A DNA stretch of 64,000 nucleotides, from the NCBI RefSeq assembly GCF_016717175.1, contig NZ_JADKFZ010000003.1; one strand, written 5' to 3'. This stretch comes from Nannocystis sp. GTDB taxonomy: Bacteria > Myxococcota_A > Polyangia > Nannocystales > Nannocystaceae. The position numbers and the translations under genes are program-made. A model generated the notes under the pieces. That model was not told the origin of the DNA and searched no databases. It saw only the letters and a list, made by a program, of their open reading frames with translations. This document shows positions 10,248 to 19,474 of this stretch, in pieces (the stretch's first letter is position 1; every line of letters begins with the position of its first letter).

Positions 10248-12371
10248 ATGACAACGAGAATCTATCTGCTCCTCACGGGTGCGTGTGTGCTCGCCACGGC
10301 GTGCAGCGACGACGGTCGCGCCGAATCCAACAGCAACACCGATGGCGGCAGCGGCAGCGTCAGCGCCAGCGCGACCGATGCCGACACCGAACCGGTGCCG
10401 ACCACCAACCCGACGACCGCGACCGACCCGAGCGGCGGCACGCCGGGCACCGCGAGCCAGACCAGCGAGGCGACCGAGGCCACCACCGTCGACCCGAGCG
10501 CGGGCACGGTGATGACCAGCGCCGACACGACCACCGGCGACGACCCGATCGTCGAGGTCGTGATCGATCCGCTCGACGCGATCGTCACCGTCATCGACGG
10601 CCAGATCCCCGCGCCGCTGCAGTACACCGCCAAGGGCATCACCCAGAACAACGTCGAGATCCCGCTCGACGGCACCTGGACCTACGACCGCCTCGACCTC
10701 GCCAGCCTCGGCGGCCAGTCCGGCTCCTTCACCGCGACGGGCTTCGCTGGCGGCAAGGGCACCGTCAGCTTCGACCCCGCCGGCGACCTCCTCCCGGTCC
10801 AGACCTCCGCCACCGTCAAGCTGCAGTACACCAGCGAGCCCGACCCCGTCGACCCCGGCATCAAGGACGGCTTCGGCATGGCCGTCGAGCCCGACCCGGC
10901 GATGGTCCTGCTCTACCCCTACGACAAGACCGTGTTCCCTCGCGGCCTCACCGGCCCGACCGTGCAGTGGAACGGCGGCGCCGCCGACGACCTCTACTAC
11001 ATCCACGTCTACAGCGACTTCTTCGAGTTCAAGGGCTACACCAAGGTCCCGCCGCCCTCGCGCTACAACTTCCCGAAGCTGCCCGCGGACGTGTGGCTCA
11101 AGCTCACCGCCTCGACCGAGGGCCCGGTGACCTTCGACATCCAGCGCTTCGACGGCAACAAGGCCTACCTCGCCAAGACCCAGACCTGGACGATCGCCCC
11201 CGCCAACCTCACCGGCGCCGTCTACTACTGGGAGGTCAACAACGGCAACGTCGTCCGCCTCAAGATCGGCGACCCCGCCCCGCAGCAGTTCATCAACAAG
11301 CCGCCGGGCGTCGCCTGCGTCGCCTGCCACAGCGTCTCGAAGGACGGCTCGCGCATCGCCGCCGCCTTCCACGGCGGCTACAGCCCGTGGAACGTGATCG
11401 AGGCCGCGACCGGCAACGTGCTCTACTTCCCGAACATCGCCTCCGGTTTCCAGGCCATCTCGCCCAACGGCTCGCACGTGCTGTGGGGCCAGTCCGACGA
11501 GACCGGCTCGCTCAAGCTGACGACCTTCGACAACGCCGCCGTGCTCACCACCCTGACCACCCCCGGCGGCAAGCCGGTCCACCCGGCCTGGGCCGGCGAT
11601 CCCAGCCGCGTCGCCTTCGCGCGCAAGACCGACGGCAACTGGCTCGACTTCAACAACAGCGAGCTGTGGACCGCCAACGTCGATCTCATGACCAACAGCT
11701 TCTCGAACGTGAAGCAGATCGTCGACAAGGCCCCGCCGCTCGGCACCACCACCTTCCCGACCTTCGCCCCCGACTCCGAGTGGATCGCGTTCAGCCGCCT
11801 CAACCAGGCCCGCACCCGCGGCGCCGTCACCGAGGTCTGGGTCACCAACTTCGACGGCAGCGCCCAGATGCGCCTCGACAAGGCCAACGGCCTCGGCATC
11901 ATCGAGCCCGGTCAGGACCAGACCACCTACGAGCCCACCTTCCTCCCGGTCTCGGTCGGCGGCTACTTCTGGCTCATCATCGGCAGCGAGCGCAAGTACG
12001 GCAACACCCTCACCGACACCAACCCCGGCAGCCGTCGCAAGCAGCTGTGGGTCTCGGCGATCGACGCCAACATCCAGCCCGGCCAGGACCCGAGCCACCC
12101 GCCGTTCTGGCTGCCCGGTCAGGAGCTCAACAACTCCAACATGCGCGGCGAGTGGGCGCTCGCCCCGTGCAAGCAGATCGGCGAGGGCTGCAACGCCGGC
12201 TTCGACTGCTGCGGCGGCTTCTGCTACCCGCCCGCCGAGGGCGAGGAGCCGACCTGCAACGACATGCCCGACAGCTGCTCGCACATGGGCGACGCCTGTG
12301 AGGTCGACGCGGCCTGCTGCGAGGGCGAGGGCAGCTGCATCGGCGGCTTCTGCTCGATCATGCCCGGCTGA
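10248..12371 (+). CDS. lipoprotein with beta-propeller-like region, CxxCH motif and C-terminal Cys-rich knot
   Basis: Lipobox LATAC. GAGGT sits 7 nt upstream of the ATG at 10248. GVACVACHSV is a CxxCH motif. FAPDSEWIAFSR and similar TolB/PD40-like strands are present. The C-terminus CKQIGEGCNAGFDCCGGFC... is Cys-rich. Confidence 0.6.
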   Translation: MTTRIYLLLTGACVLATACSDDGRAESNSNTDGGSGSVSASATDADTEPVPTTNPTTATDPSGGTPGTASQTSEATEATTVDPSAGTVMTSADTTTGDDPIVEVVIDPLDAIVTVIDGQIPAPLQYTAKGITQNNVEIPLDGTWTYDRLDLASLGGQSGSFTATGFAGGKGTVSFDPAGDLLPVQTSATVKLQYTSEPDPVDPGIKDGFGMAVEPDPAMVLLYPYDKTVFPRGLTGPTVQWNGGAADDLYYIHVYSDFFEFKGYTKVPPPSRYNFPKLPADVWLKLTASTEGPVTFDIQRFDGNKAYLAKTQTWTIAPANLTGAVYYWEVNNGNVVRLKIGDPAPQQFINKPPGVACVACHSVSKDGSRIAAAFHGGYSPWNVIEAATGNVLYFPNIASGFQAISPNGSHVLWGQSDETGSLKLTTFDNAAVLTTLTTPGGKPVHPAWAGDPSRVAFARKTDGNWLDFNNSELWTANVDLMTNSFSNVKQIVDKAPPLGTTTFPTFAPDSEWIAFSRLNQARTRGAVTEVWVTNFDGSAQMRLDKANGLGIIEPGQDQTTYEPTFLPVSVGGYFWLIIGSERKYGNTLTDTNPGSRRKQLWVSAIDANIQPGQDPSHPPFWLPGQELNNSNMRGEWALAPCKQIGEGCNAGFDCCGGFCYPPAEGEEPTCNDMPDSCSHMGDACEVDAACCEGEGSCIGGFCSIMPG

Positions 12372-12436
12372 TCGACGCAGCCCACACGCATTGAACGTGA
12401 CCCTCGGGCCAGCAGCGGCCGGTCCGGGGGTCACGG

Positions 12437-12536
12437 CGTTCGGGCGCTTGGCAAGCGGCGCCGCGTCCACGCCAGCGTTGGTGGCCGCCACGTTGGCCAC
12501 GGTCATTGCGTTCGGGCGCTTGGCAAGCGGCGCCGG
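12437..12536. repeat. 27-bp direct repeat pair in intergenic region
   Basis: gcgttcgggcgcttggcaagcggcgccg at 12437 and 12510. Confidence 0.7.
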
Positions 12537-12558
12537 CCCGCGGTAGCGTGCGCGCACG

Positions 12559-13623
12559 ATGGCCGTCCAGGTGCGCCGGGTGCATACGCCGCTGCGGGCC
12601 CGGCTGCGCTTCGGGGCCTACGCCGCGCGCCTCCTGGTCGGCCGCTTGCTGGTGCTGACGACCCTGCTGGTGGTCGGCGGCGCGACCCTGCTGTGGCGCG
12701 GCGATCCGGCGGTGGTCGAGCACCTCGACTTCGTCGGCGCCTGCTTCCTGGTCTACACCCAGCTGTTCTTCGAGCACCTCACCGACCTGCCGGGCGACTG
12801 GGTGCTGCGGATCATGTACTTCACGGTGCCGGTCGCCGGCGCCTTCATCATCGCCGAGGGCCTGCTGAAGGTCGGCACCTCGCTGATGGACTTCAACAAC
12901 CACCGGCAGGCCTGGGTGCGCATCATGGCGGAGATCTACCGCGACCACATCGTCCTGATCGGCCTCGGCCACGTCGGCTTCCGCGTCCTCGGCGAGCTGC
13001 TCGGCCGCGGCCGCCAGGTCATCGCCGTCGAGGCTCTCGACCACGGCCAATTCGTCGAGGAGGCCCGCGCCCGCGGCGTCCCGCTCGTCATCGGCGACGC
13101 CCGCCGCGAGAGCCTGCTGCGCGACCTCGGCATCGAGCACGCCGCCTGCGTGATCGCGTGCACCGACAACGACCTCGTCAACCTCGAGGTCGCCCTCGAC
13201 GTGCGCGCGATCAACCCGAAGGTCCGCCTCGTCATGCGCTTCTTCGACCAGAACATGGCCCAGAAGCTCGGCAAGGCCTTCCACGTCGACTCGACCTTCT
13301 CCACCTCGGCCCTCGCCGCGCCGCTGTTCGCCGCCGCCGCCCTCGACGAGCAGGTCCTCGGCGCCTACCGCCTCGGCGACACCGTGATGGCCAGCGTGCA
13401 GATCGACCTCCACCCCGGCAGCCCGTTGATCGCCAAGCCGCTGCGCGAGGCCGAGGAGCTGCTCGACGCCGCGATCGTCGGCATCCGCCGCGAGAAGCAG
13501 GCCGCCACCCACAAGTTCTCGCGCAGCGAGTCCCTGCGCCAGGGCGACGCGCTCATCTGCCACGTCGCCGTCGAGGAGATCGCCGGCGTGAAGCGCCGCG
13601 CAGCGCCCACCGCGACCACCTGA
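12559..13623 (+). CDS. RCK/TrkA-N domain membrane protein (potassium channel/transporter family)
   Basis: N-terminal TM helices, then the Rossmann motif IVLIGLGHVGFRVLGEL (TrkA-N), and a TrkA-C-like tail. Confidence 0.65.
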   Translation: MAVQVRRVHTPLRARLRFGAYAARLLVGRLLVLTTLLVVGGATLLWRGDPAVVEHLDFVGACFLVYTQLFFEHLTDLPGDWVLRIMYFTVPVAGAFIIAEGLLKVGTSLMDFNNHRQAWVRIMAEIYRDHIVLIGLGHVGFRVLGELLGRGRQVIAVEALDHGQFVEEARARGVPLVIGDARRESLLRDLGIEHAACVIACTDNDLVNLEVALDVRAINPKVRLVMRFFDQNMAQKLGKAFHVDSTFSTSALAAPLFAAAALDEQVLGAYRLGDTVMASVQIDLHPGSPLIAKPLREAEELLDAAIVGIRREKQAATHKFSRSESLRQGDALICHVAVEEIAGVKRRAAPTATT

Positions 13624-13640
13624 TCGCTTATCTTCACGCC

Positions 13641-14291
13641 ATGCGACTGATCGTCTTCGGCGCCTCCGGCCAGTGCGGCCGCATCCTCGTCGAGCTCGCC
13701 GCGGCCGCGGGCCATGAGGTCAGCGCGCAGGTCCGCGACGGCGCTGACTACACGCCGCCAGCCGGCGTCCGGGTGCTGCGCGGCGACCCGCTCGACGCCG
13801 CCTTCGTGGCCGCCGCGATCGTCGGCCACGATCACGTCGCCAGCGGCCTCGGCCTGCGCCGCAGCAACCCGGCGAACCCGTGGTCGCGGCTGGTCTCCCC
13901 GCCGGACTTCTGCTCGCGCAGCGCCGTGCACATCGTCGCCGGCATGCGGACCGCCGGGGTCACGCGCGTCACGGCGATCAGCGCGGCCGGGGTGGGGGAC
14001 AGCGCCGCCCGCATGAATTGGCTGATGCGCTTCTTCGTGGCGACCAGCAACGTGGGCGTCGGCTACCGCGACCTCGCCGTGATGGAGCGGGTCTACGCCG
14101 CGAGCGGCCTCGACTGGCAGACGCCGCGCCCGACTCGCCTGACGGACGGCCCCGCCAGCGGCGCGGTGATCGAGACCGACGCCTTCCCGATCTCCGCCGC
14201 CATCGCCCGCGCCGACGTGGCCGCGTACATGCTTGCGCAGCTGCAGGCCCCGACCTTCGCCCGCCGCACGCCGACGATCACCCGCGGGTGA
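13641..14291 (+). CDS. NAD(P)H-binding (NmrA/atypical SDR-like) protein
   Basis: MRLIVFGASGQCGRILVELAAAAGHEV is an N-terminal Rossmann motif typical of NAD(P)-binding oxidoreductases. Confidence 0.6.
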   Translation: MRLIVFGASGQCGRILVELAAAAGHEVSAQVRDGADYTPPAGVRVLRGDPLDAAFVAAAIVGHDHVASGLGLRRSNPANPWSRLVSPPDFCSRSAVHIVAGMRTAGVTRVTAISAAGVGDSAARMNWLMRFFVATSNVGVGYRDLAVMERVYAASGLDWQTPRPTRLTDGPASGAVIETDAFPISAAIARADVAAYMLAQLQAPTFARRTPTITRG

Positions 14292-14385
14292 GCTCGGCCC
14301 CAAGGCCACGAACTGGCCGACAACCACACGGTGATCGCCGACGATCACCGCGGGTGACCCCGGCCCCATTGCCGCCATCACGTTC

Positions 14386-16218
14386 ATGGGTCGCGTGGAC
14401 CCCTCGCCCGTCCTTGCCGCTACAAAGTCGCCAGGTCGCCAGGACCCCTCCACCCGGGCGACGTTTCGTGCGATAGCTGCAGGCGTGCGGGTCCCCCACG
14501 GTCCACCTTCCACGCTCGGCCTCGCCGTTTGCTTGGCCCTCGTCGCCGCGTGCTACTCGGGCAGCCCGGCGGGCGACAGCAGCGACGAGCTCACAGCCGC
14601 GTCCGCGTCCAGCTCGGGCGACCCGCCGACCACCTCCGTCGGCGAATCCTCCGGAGGCTCCGCGGGCGACGACACCGGCGATCCAGTCAAACCCTTCATG
14701 CCCGGTCCGCCGGTGCTCCCCCGCCTCACGCAGCGGCAGTACCTCAACAGCATCGAGGCGCTGCTCGGCCCCGGCCTGCCGGTCCCGCTGCTCGAGCCCG
14801 ACACCAACCCGTACCTGTTCTTCAACATCGGCGCCGCCAGCACGACCCTCTCCGAGCCCGGCGTGCAGCAGTACGAGGAGGCCGCCGACCTGTTCACCGG
14901 CATCGTGTTCGCCGACGCGCCGCGGCGCGAGGCCCTGGTCGGCTGCCTGCCGGCCGCGCCGGGCGACGCCTGCGTGGCTGACTTCATCGCCCGCTTCGGT
15001 CGCCGCGCCTATCGTCGCCCGCTGTCCGTCGACGAGCAGGCGCGCTGGCTCGGCATGGCCAGCGAGCTGTCCGACGGCGACGCCTGGCAGGGCCTGCGCC
15101 ACGCGGTCGCCGGCATGCTGCAGTCGCCGCACTTCCTCTACCGCGTCGAGCTCGGCGAGCCCGACCCGATCGATCCGACCCGCTTGCGCTACACCAGCCA
15201 CGAGATGGCGAGCCGCCTGTCGTTCCTGCTGTGGAACAGCACCCCGGACGACGCGCTGCTCGACGCCGCCGACGCCGGCGACCTGCTCTCCGAGGTCGGT
15301 CTGCTCGCCGAGACCGATCGCCTGCTCGCCGACCCGCGCTCGCGCACCGCGATCCGCGACTTCTTCGCCCAGTTCCTCGACCTCGGCCGCCTCGACGGCA
15401 TCACCCGCGACCCGACCCGCTACCCGCAGTTCTCGCCGACGATGATCGAGTCGATGCGCACCGAGGTCCGCCTGCTCGTCGAGGACCTCGTCTATCGCCA
15501 GCAGGGCGACATCCGCAGCATGTTCAGCACCCGCAACACCTTCGTGAACAGCGAGCTGGCCGCGCTCTACGGCGTCACCGCCGAGGGCGCCACGCCGGTC
15601 ACCTTCGTCCCGGTCGAGCTGCCCGCGGACGGCCCGCGCGCGGGCCTGCTGACCCTCGGCGCCTTCCTGACGATGAACGCCCACGAGACCGAGAACTCGC
15701 CGACCGCCCGCGGCAAGTACGTGCGCACGCGCGTGCTGTGCCAGGACGTGCCGCCGCCGCCGCCCGACGTCGATCTCAAGCTCGACCCCGAGGAGGCCGA
15801 GGGCAAGACCCTGCGTCAGCGCCTCGAGCAGCACCGCGCCGACCCGAGCTGCGCCGGCTGCCACTCCTTCGTCGACCCGCCCGGCTTCCTGTTCGAGCAC
15901 TTCAACCCGATCGGCGCCTGGCAGGACCTCGACAGCGGCTACCCGATCGACAGCTCCGGCGACCTCGACGGCAAGCCCCTCGCCGACGCGCGCGGCCTCG
16001 CTGATCTGCTCAAGGACGACAAGCGCGTCGGTCGTTGCATCGTCACCCAGCTGTACCGCCACGCGATCGGCCGCCGCGACGTCGCCTCCGAGTGGCCCGC
16101 GCTCGACGAGGTCGCCGACGACTTCGGCGCGGCGGGCCACCGCTTCACCGAGCTGCTGCAGATCCTCGTGATCAGCGACCTGTTTCGCACCGTCGCCGAG
16201 GAGGAGATCGACCCATGA
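14386..16218 (+). CDS. DUF1592/DUF1588/DUF1585-family protein (PSD1-like), lipoprotein
   Basis: CxxCH-like CAGCHS, plus conserved PSD1-type blocks and the lipobox LVAAC. The true start may be the GTG at ~14485. Confidence 0.6.
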   Translation: MGRVDPSPVLAATKSPGRQDPSTRATFRAIAAGVRVPHGPPSTLGLAVCLALVAACYSGSPAGDSSDELTAASASSSGDPPTTSVGESSGGSAGDDTGDPVKPFMPGPPVLPRLTQRQYLNSIEALLGPGLPVPLLEPDTNPYLFFNIGAASTTLSEPGVQQYEEAADLFTGIVFADAPRREALVGCLPAAPGDACVADFIARFGRRAYRRPLSVDEQARWLGMASELSDGDAWQGLRHAVAGMLQSPHFLYRVELGEPDPIDPTRLRYTSHEMASRLSFLLWNSTPDDALLDAADAGDLLSEVGLLAETDRLLADPRSRTAIRDFFAQFLDLGRLDGITRDPTRYPQFSPTMIESMRTEVRLLVEDLVYRQQGDIRSMFSTRNTFVNSELAALYGVTAEGATPVTFVPVELPADGPRAGLLTLGAFLTMNAHETENSPTARGKYVRTRVLCQDVPPPPPDVDLKLDPEEAEGKTLRQRLEQHRADPSCAGCHSFVDPPGFLFEHFNPIGAWQDLDSGYPIDSSGDLDGKPLADARGLADLLKDDKRVGRCIVTQLYRHAIGRRDVASEWPALDEVADDFGAAGHRFTELLQILVISDLFRTVAEEEIDP

Positions 16219-17591
16219 CCCCGCGCAAGCCCCTCGCACGACGCACCTTCCTCCGCGGCGCCCTCGCTGGCGGCGCGCTCGTCTCGCTCGGCGTGCCGCT
16301 GCTCGACGCGATGCTGCCGACCCGCCCGGCCCGCGCCGACGCGCCCAAGGTCCTGCCGATCTTCGGCATCTTCTACTGGGCCAACGGCATGCCCTGGCAC
16401 GCCGGCCACGGCGAGACCCAGGGCCAGGGCGGCTACCCTGATCTCTGGACCCCCGCCGCCACCGGCCCCGCGTACGCCCCGAGCCCGCTGCTCACGCCGC
16501 TCGCCGCGCATCAGGTCAGCGTCGTCACCGGCCTCGAGCCCAAGACCGTGATCCCCGACGTGCCGGGGGGCCAGGGCGACGGCCACATGCGTGGCTGGCA
16601 CGTGGCCATGACCGGCGCCCCGATGCGCTCCGAGGGCTTCGATCAGCCCTCGCACACGATGACCGTGCTGCAGCCGACCCTCGATCAGGTGGTCGCCACC
16701 AACGAGCAGTTCTACGGCAAGACCCCGCCGCGCTTCCGCTCGCTGCAGGTCGGCGTCAGCGAGGCCCGCTTCCACGACTTCGGCCACTGGAACGCCATCT
16801 CGTACACCGGCCCCGACGCGCCGATCGCCCCGGTCATGAGCACCGCGCAGCTCCACGGCCTGCTGTTCAACGTCCCCGGCGACCTCGTGAGCCTGGGTCG
16901 GCGCGCTCGCCTGCTCGACGCCGTGCTCGACGACGCCGAGAGCCTGCGCGTGCGCCTCGGCGCGACCGACCGCCAGCGCCTCGAGGCCCACCTCGACTCG
17001 CTCAGCGAGATCCAGCGGCGCCTGCAGCTGACCTCGGGCACCTGCGACCCGGTGCCGCCGGTCCCCGAGGAGTCGGGCGACCTCCTGGTCAAGACCGAGA
17101 TCATGGGCCAGATCCTCGCGGTCGCGCTGCAGTGCGACCTGACCCGCGTGTTCTCCTTCATGCTCACCTCGCCGGCGACCACCCACGTGTTCGCCAACCT
17201 CGGGGTCGCCAACGACATGCACAAGACCTGTCACGACGGCGCGTGGGAGCAGGTGCGGGCGATCACCGATTATCAGATGCAGGCCTTCGCGCGCATGCTC
17301 GACCAGCTCGCCAAGGTCAAGGACGCGATGGACATGACCCTGTTCGACCGCTCGCTGGTGTTCGGCACCTCCGAGTACGGCGAGGGCTACCAGCACAGCG
17401 ACCGCGAGATGGCCGTCATCTTCGCCGGTAAGGCGGGTGGCAAGCTGATCCCCAACGTGCATGTGCGCGAGCCCGAGGGCAACTTCAGCAAGGCTCACGT
17501 GACCATGCTGCGGGCGATCGGCATCGACACCCCGAGCTTCGGCTTCAACGGCGGCGAGACCAGCGACCAGTTCTCGGAGCTGCTCGCGTAG
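16215..17591 (+). CDS. DUF1552 domain protein with Tat signal
   Basis: The ATG overlaps the upstream stop (ATGA). RRTFLRGALAGGALVSLG is a twin-arginine signal. Canonical partner of DUF1592 proteins. Confidence 0.65.
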   Translation: MTPRKPLARRTFLRGALAGGALVSLGVPLLDAMLPTRPARADAPKVLPIFGIFYWANGMPWHAGHGETQGQGGYPDLWTPAATGPAYAPSPLLTPLAAHQVSVVTGLEPKTVIPDVPGGQGDGHMRGWHVAMTGAPMRSEGFDQPSHTMTVLQPTLDQVVATNEQFYGKTPPRFRSLQVGVSEARFHDFGHWNAISYTGPDAPIAPVMSTAQLHGLLFNVPGDLVSLGRRARLLDAVLDDAESLRVRLGATDRQRLEAHLDSLSEIQRRLQLTSGTCDPVPPVPEESGDLLVKTEIMGQILAVALQCDLTRVFSFMLTSPATTHVFANLGVANDMHKTCHDGAWEQVRAITDYQMQAFARMLDQLAKVKDAMDMTLFDRSLVFGTSEYGEGYQHSDREMAVIFAGKAGGKLIPNVHVREPEGNFSKAHVTMLRAIGIDTPSFGFNGGETSDQFSELLA

Positions 17592-17600
17592 GCCCGAACG

Positions 17601-18518
17601 ATGACAGTCGCGCCCTCCCACGGCATCGCGGCGTTCGCCCTGATCGTGTGCGCCTGCTCCGGCGACGGCAACGGCGACGGCGACGATCCCAGCACGAGCG
17701 GATCGAGCAGCAGCTCGACCGGCGCAGTGACCACCAGCGACGGTTCCAGCAGCGGCGAGGCGAGCAGCGGCGACGCGAGCAGCAGCAGCGGTATCCCCGA
17801 GCTGCCGCCGCCGGAGTGCGGCCCGCTCAGCGTGTGCGGTCAGCTCTGCGTCGACCTCAGCGTCGACCCCGGCAATTGTGGCAAGTGCGGGGTGAGCTGC
17901 GTGATCCCCCACGCGAGCCCGGCGTGCAGCGGCAACGCCTGCGCGATCGCCAGCTGCGACCCCGGCTGGACCGACTGCGACGGCGACCCGCAGAACGGCT
18001 GCGAGCTGCTCGGCCCCGGCGAGAACTGCACGCCCGTGTGCAAGCAGGGCCAGCCCGAGGCCTGTAACCTGCTCGACGACAACTGCGACGGCCAGTGCGA
18101 CGAGGGAGCCGTGCCCGGCTGCCGCCAACCGGTCCATCGCGCCAGCAGCCCGACCCTCGGCCACTTCTACACGCTCGACCAGGCCGAGGCCGCATCCGGC
18201 GACTTCAAGCCCGAGTTCCTCAACTACTTCTATATGCACACGGCCGCGCAGCCGGGCCTGGTGCCGCTGTACCGCTGCCTCAAGGGCGACGGCCGCCGCT
18301 TCTACACCACCAGCGACACCTGCGAGGGCGCGGGCCCGGTCGAGGGCACGCTCGGCTATCTCGGCACCGAGGCCTTCTGCGGGGCAGTGCCGCTGTACCG
18401 GCTCTACGGGAAGGCCGACCATTTCTACACGACCAGCGTCGAGGAGCGCGACAACGCGGTGGCGATGTACGGCTATCTGTTCGAGTCGCAGGTCGGCTTC
18501 GTGTGGCCAGGACCGTGA
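17601..18518 (+). CDS. Cys-rich lipoprotein with C-terminal HFYT-type repeats
   Basis: Lipobox LIVCAC. Ser-rich linker. Multiple CxxC-rich modules. Three HFYT...GY repeats. Confidence 0.6.
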   Translation: MTVAPSHGIAAFALIVCACSGDGNGDGDDPSTSGSSSSSTGAVTTSDGSSSGEASSGDASSSSGIPELPPPECGPLSVCGQLCVDLSVDPGNCGKCGVSCVIPHASPACSGNACAIASCDPGWTDCDGDPQNGCELLGPGENCTPVCKQGQPEACNLLDDNCDGQCDEGAVPGCRQPVHRASSPTLGHFYTLDQAEAASGDFKPEFLNYFYMHTAAQPGLVPLYRCLKGDGRRFYTTSDTCEGAGPVEGTLGYLGTEAFCGAVPLYRLYGKADHFYTTSVEERDNAVAMYGYLFESQVGFVWPGP

Positions 18519-18545
18519 GCAGGTCGCGCGGGCCGGCTCGAGCGA

Positions 18546-18827
18546 TCAGCGCAGACACTCGTGGCTGATCTGCTCGCTCGAACCGGCCCGCGCGACGCAC
18601 TCGCGGGCCCCGGCCGGCAAGCGCACGCCCTCGCAGCGCGTCATCTCGGCGGCGTAGCGCTGCGCGAAGGCCTCCTGCTTGCGCTGCGTCAGCGCGGGGT
18701 CGCGATAACCCTGCTCGGCGAGCTCGAGCGCGACGATGCGATCGAGGATCTCCCGGCAATCGGCGGCCGTGGCCGGCTCGCCGCGGCACGCGGCGAACAG
18801 GAGCAGTGGGGCGAGGAGGCGGCGCAT
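18546..18827 (-). CDS. small secreted/lipoprotein, unknown function
   Basis: MRRLLAPLLLFAAC signal with lipobox, 94 aa, four Cys. Confidence 0.45.
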   Translation of the reverse strand: MRRLLAPLLLFAACRGEPATAADCREILDRIVALELAEQGYRDPALTQRKQEAFAQRYAAEMTRCEGVRLPAGARECVARAGSSEQISHECLR

Positions 18828-18832
18828 GGCGG

Positions 18833-19474
18833 TCAATCGAAGAGGTGATCGAGGCCCGCGCCGAGCCGGCCGCGGACCAGCGCAGTGAACGGGGCGCGGC
18901 GCGAGAAGTCGAGGCGCAGCGGCTCCTCCCACGCGGCACGGACCGGCCCGCGCGTCGCGCTGCCATGGGCGCGAAACTCGAGCACTCGTTCGAGGATCTC
19001 GTCGATCCGCTGGTTGATCGCCGCGCGGAGCTCGGCCGCCTTCACCGACTTACCGTTGTGCAGATAATGGAGCTCCCGGGCGGTGGCCACGGCGAGCGCG
19101 TCTGTGGCGTCGATGGCCGCGAACCGTGGGGCTTCGGAGTTGTCGCGAGCGTCGGCCTGGGTGGTCTGAGCGAGCCGCGCCTCGACATCGTCGCAGGTCG
19201 GATCGAGGAGGCCTTCTGGCGGAAACGCCGGCCGCCGCTCGTTGCAGTCGCGGCAGCTCGGGAACAGATTGGTCCATGCGTATGTGAGATCGGGGAATCG
19301 GGCCTTGGGCCGGCGATGGTCCACCGAATGTTCACGCACCGAGATCCGAATCTCGCAGAGGTAGCATTTGCCCAGGAAGTCGCGCAGGAGCGTGTCAACG
19401 ACGTCTGGCGCGTTGTACTTCGTGCCCGCCGCGAGGCTCTGCGGCGCCTCGGTCGAGCGACGCGCGTTGATCAT
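18833..19474 (-). CDS. HNH endonuclease (PtuB-like)
   Basis: Start reassigned to MINARR, which overlaps the upstream stop. HNH motif CYLCE...HSVDHRRPKA...WTNLFPSCRDCN. Lower local GC. Confidence 0.7.
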   Translation of the reverse strand: MINARRSTEAPQSLAAGTKYNAPDVVDTLLRDFLGKCYLCEIRISVREHSVDHRRPKARFPDLTYAWTNLFPSCRDCNERRPAFPPEGLLDPTCDDVEARLAQTTQADARDNSEAPRFAAIDATDALAVATARELHYLHNGKSVKAAELRAAINQRIDEILERVLEFRAHGSATRGPVRAAWEEPLRLDFSRRAPFTALVRGRLGAGLDHLFD

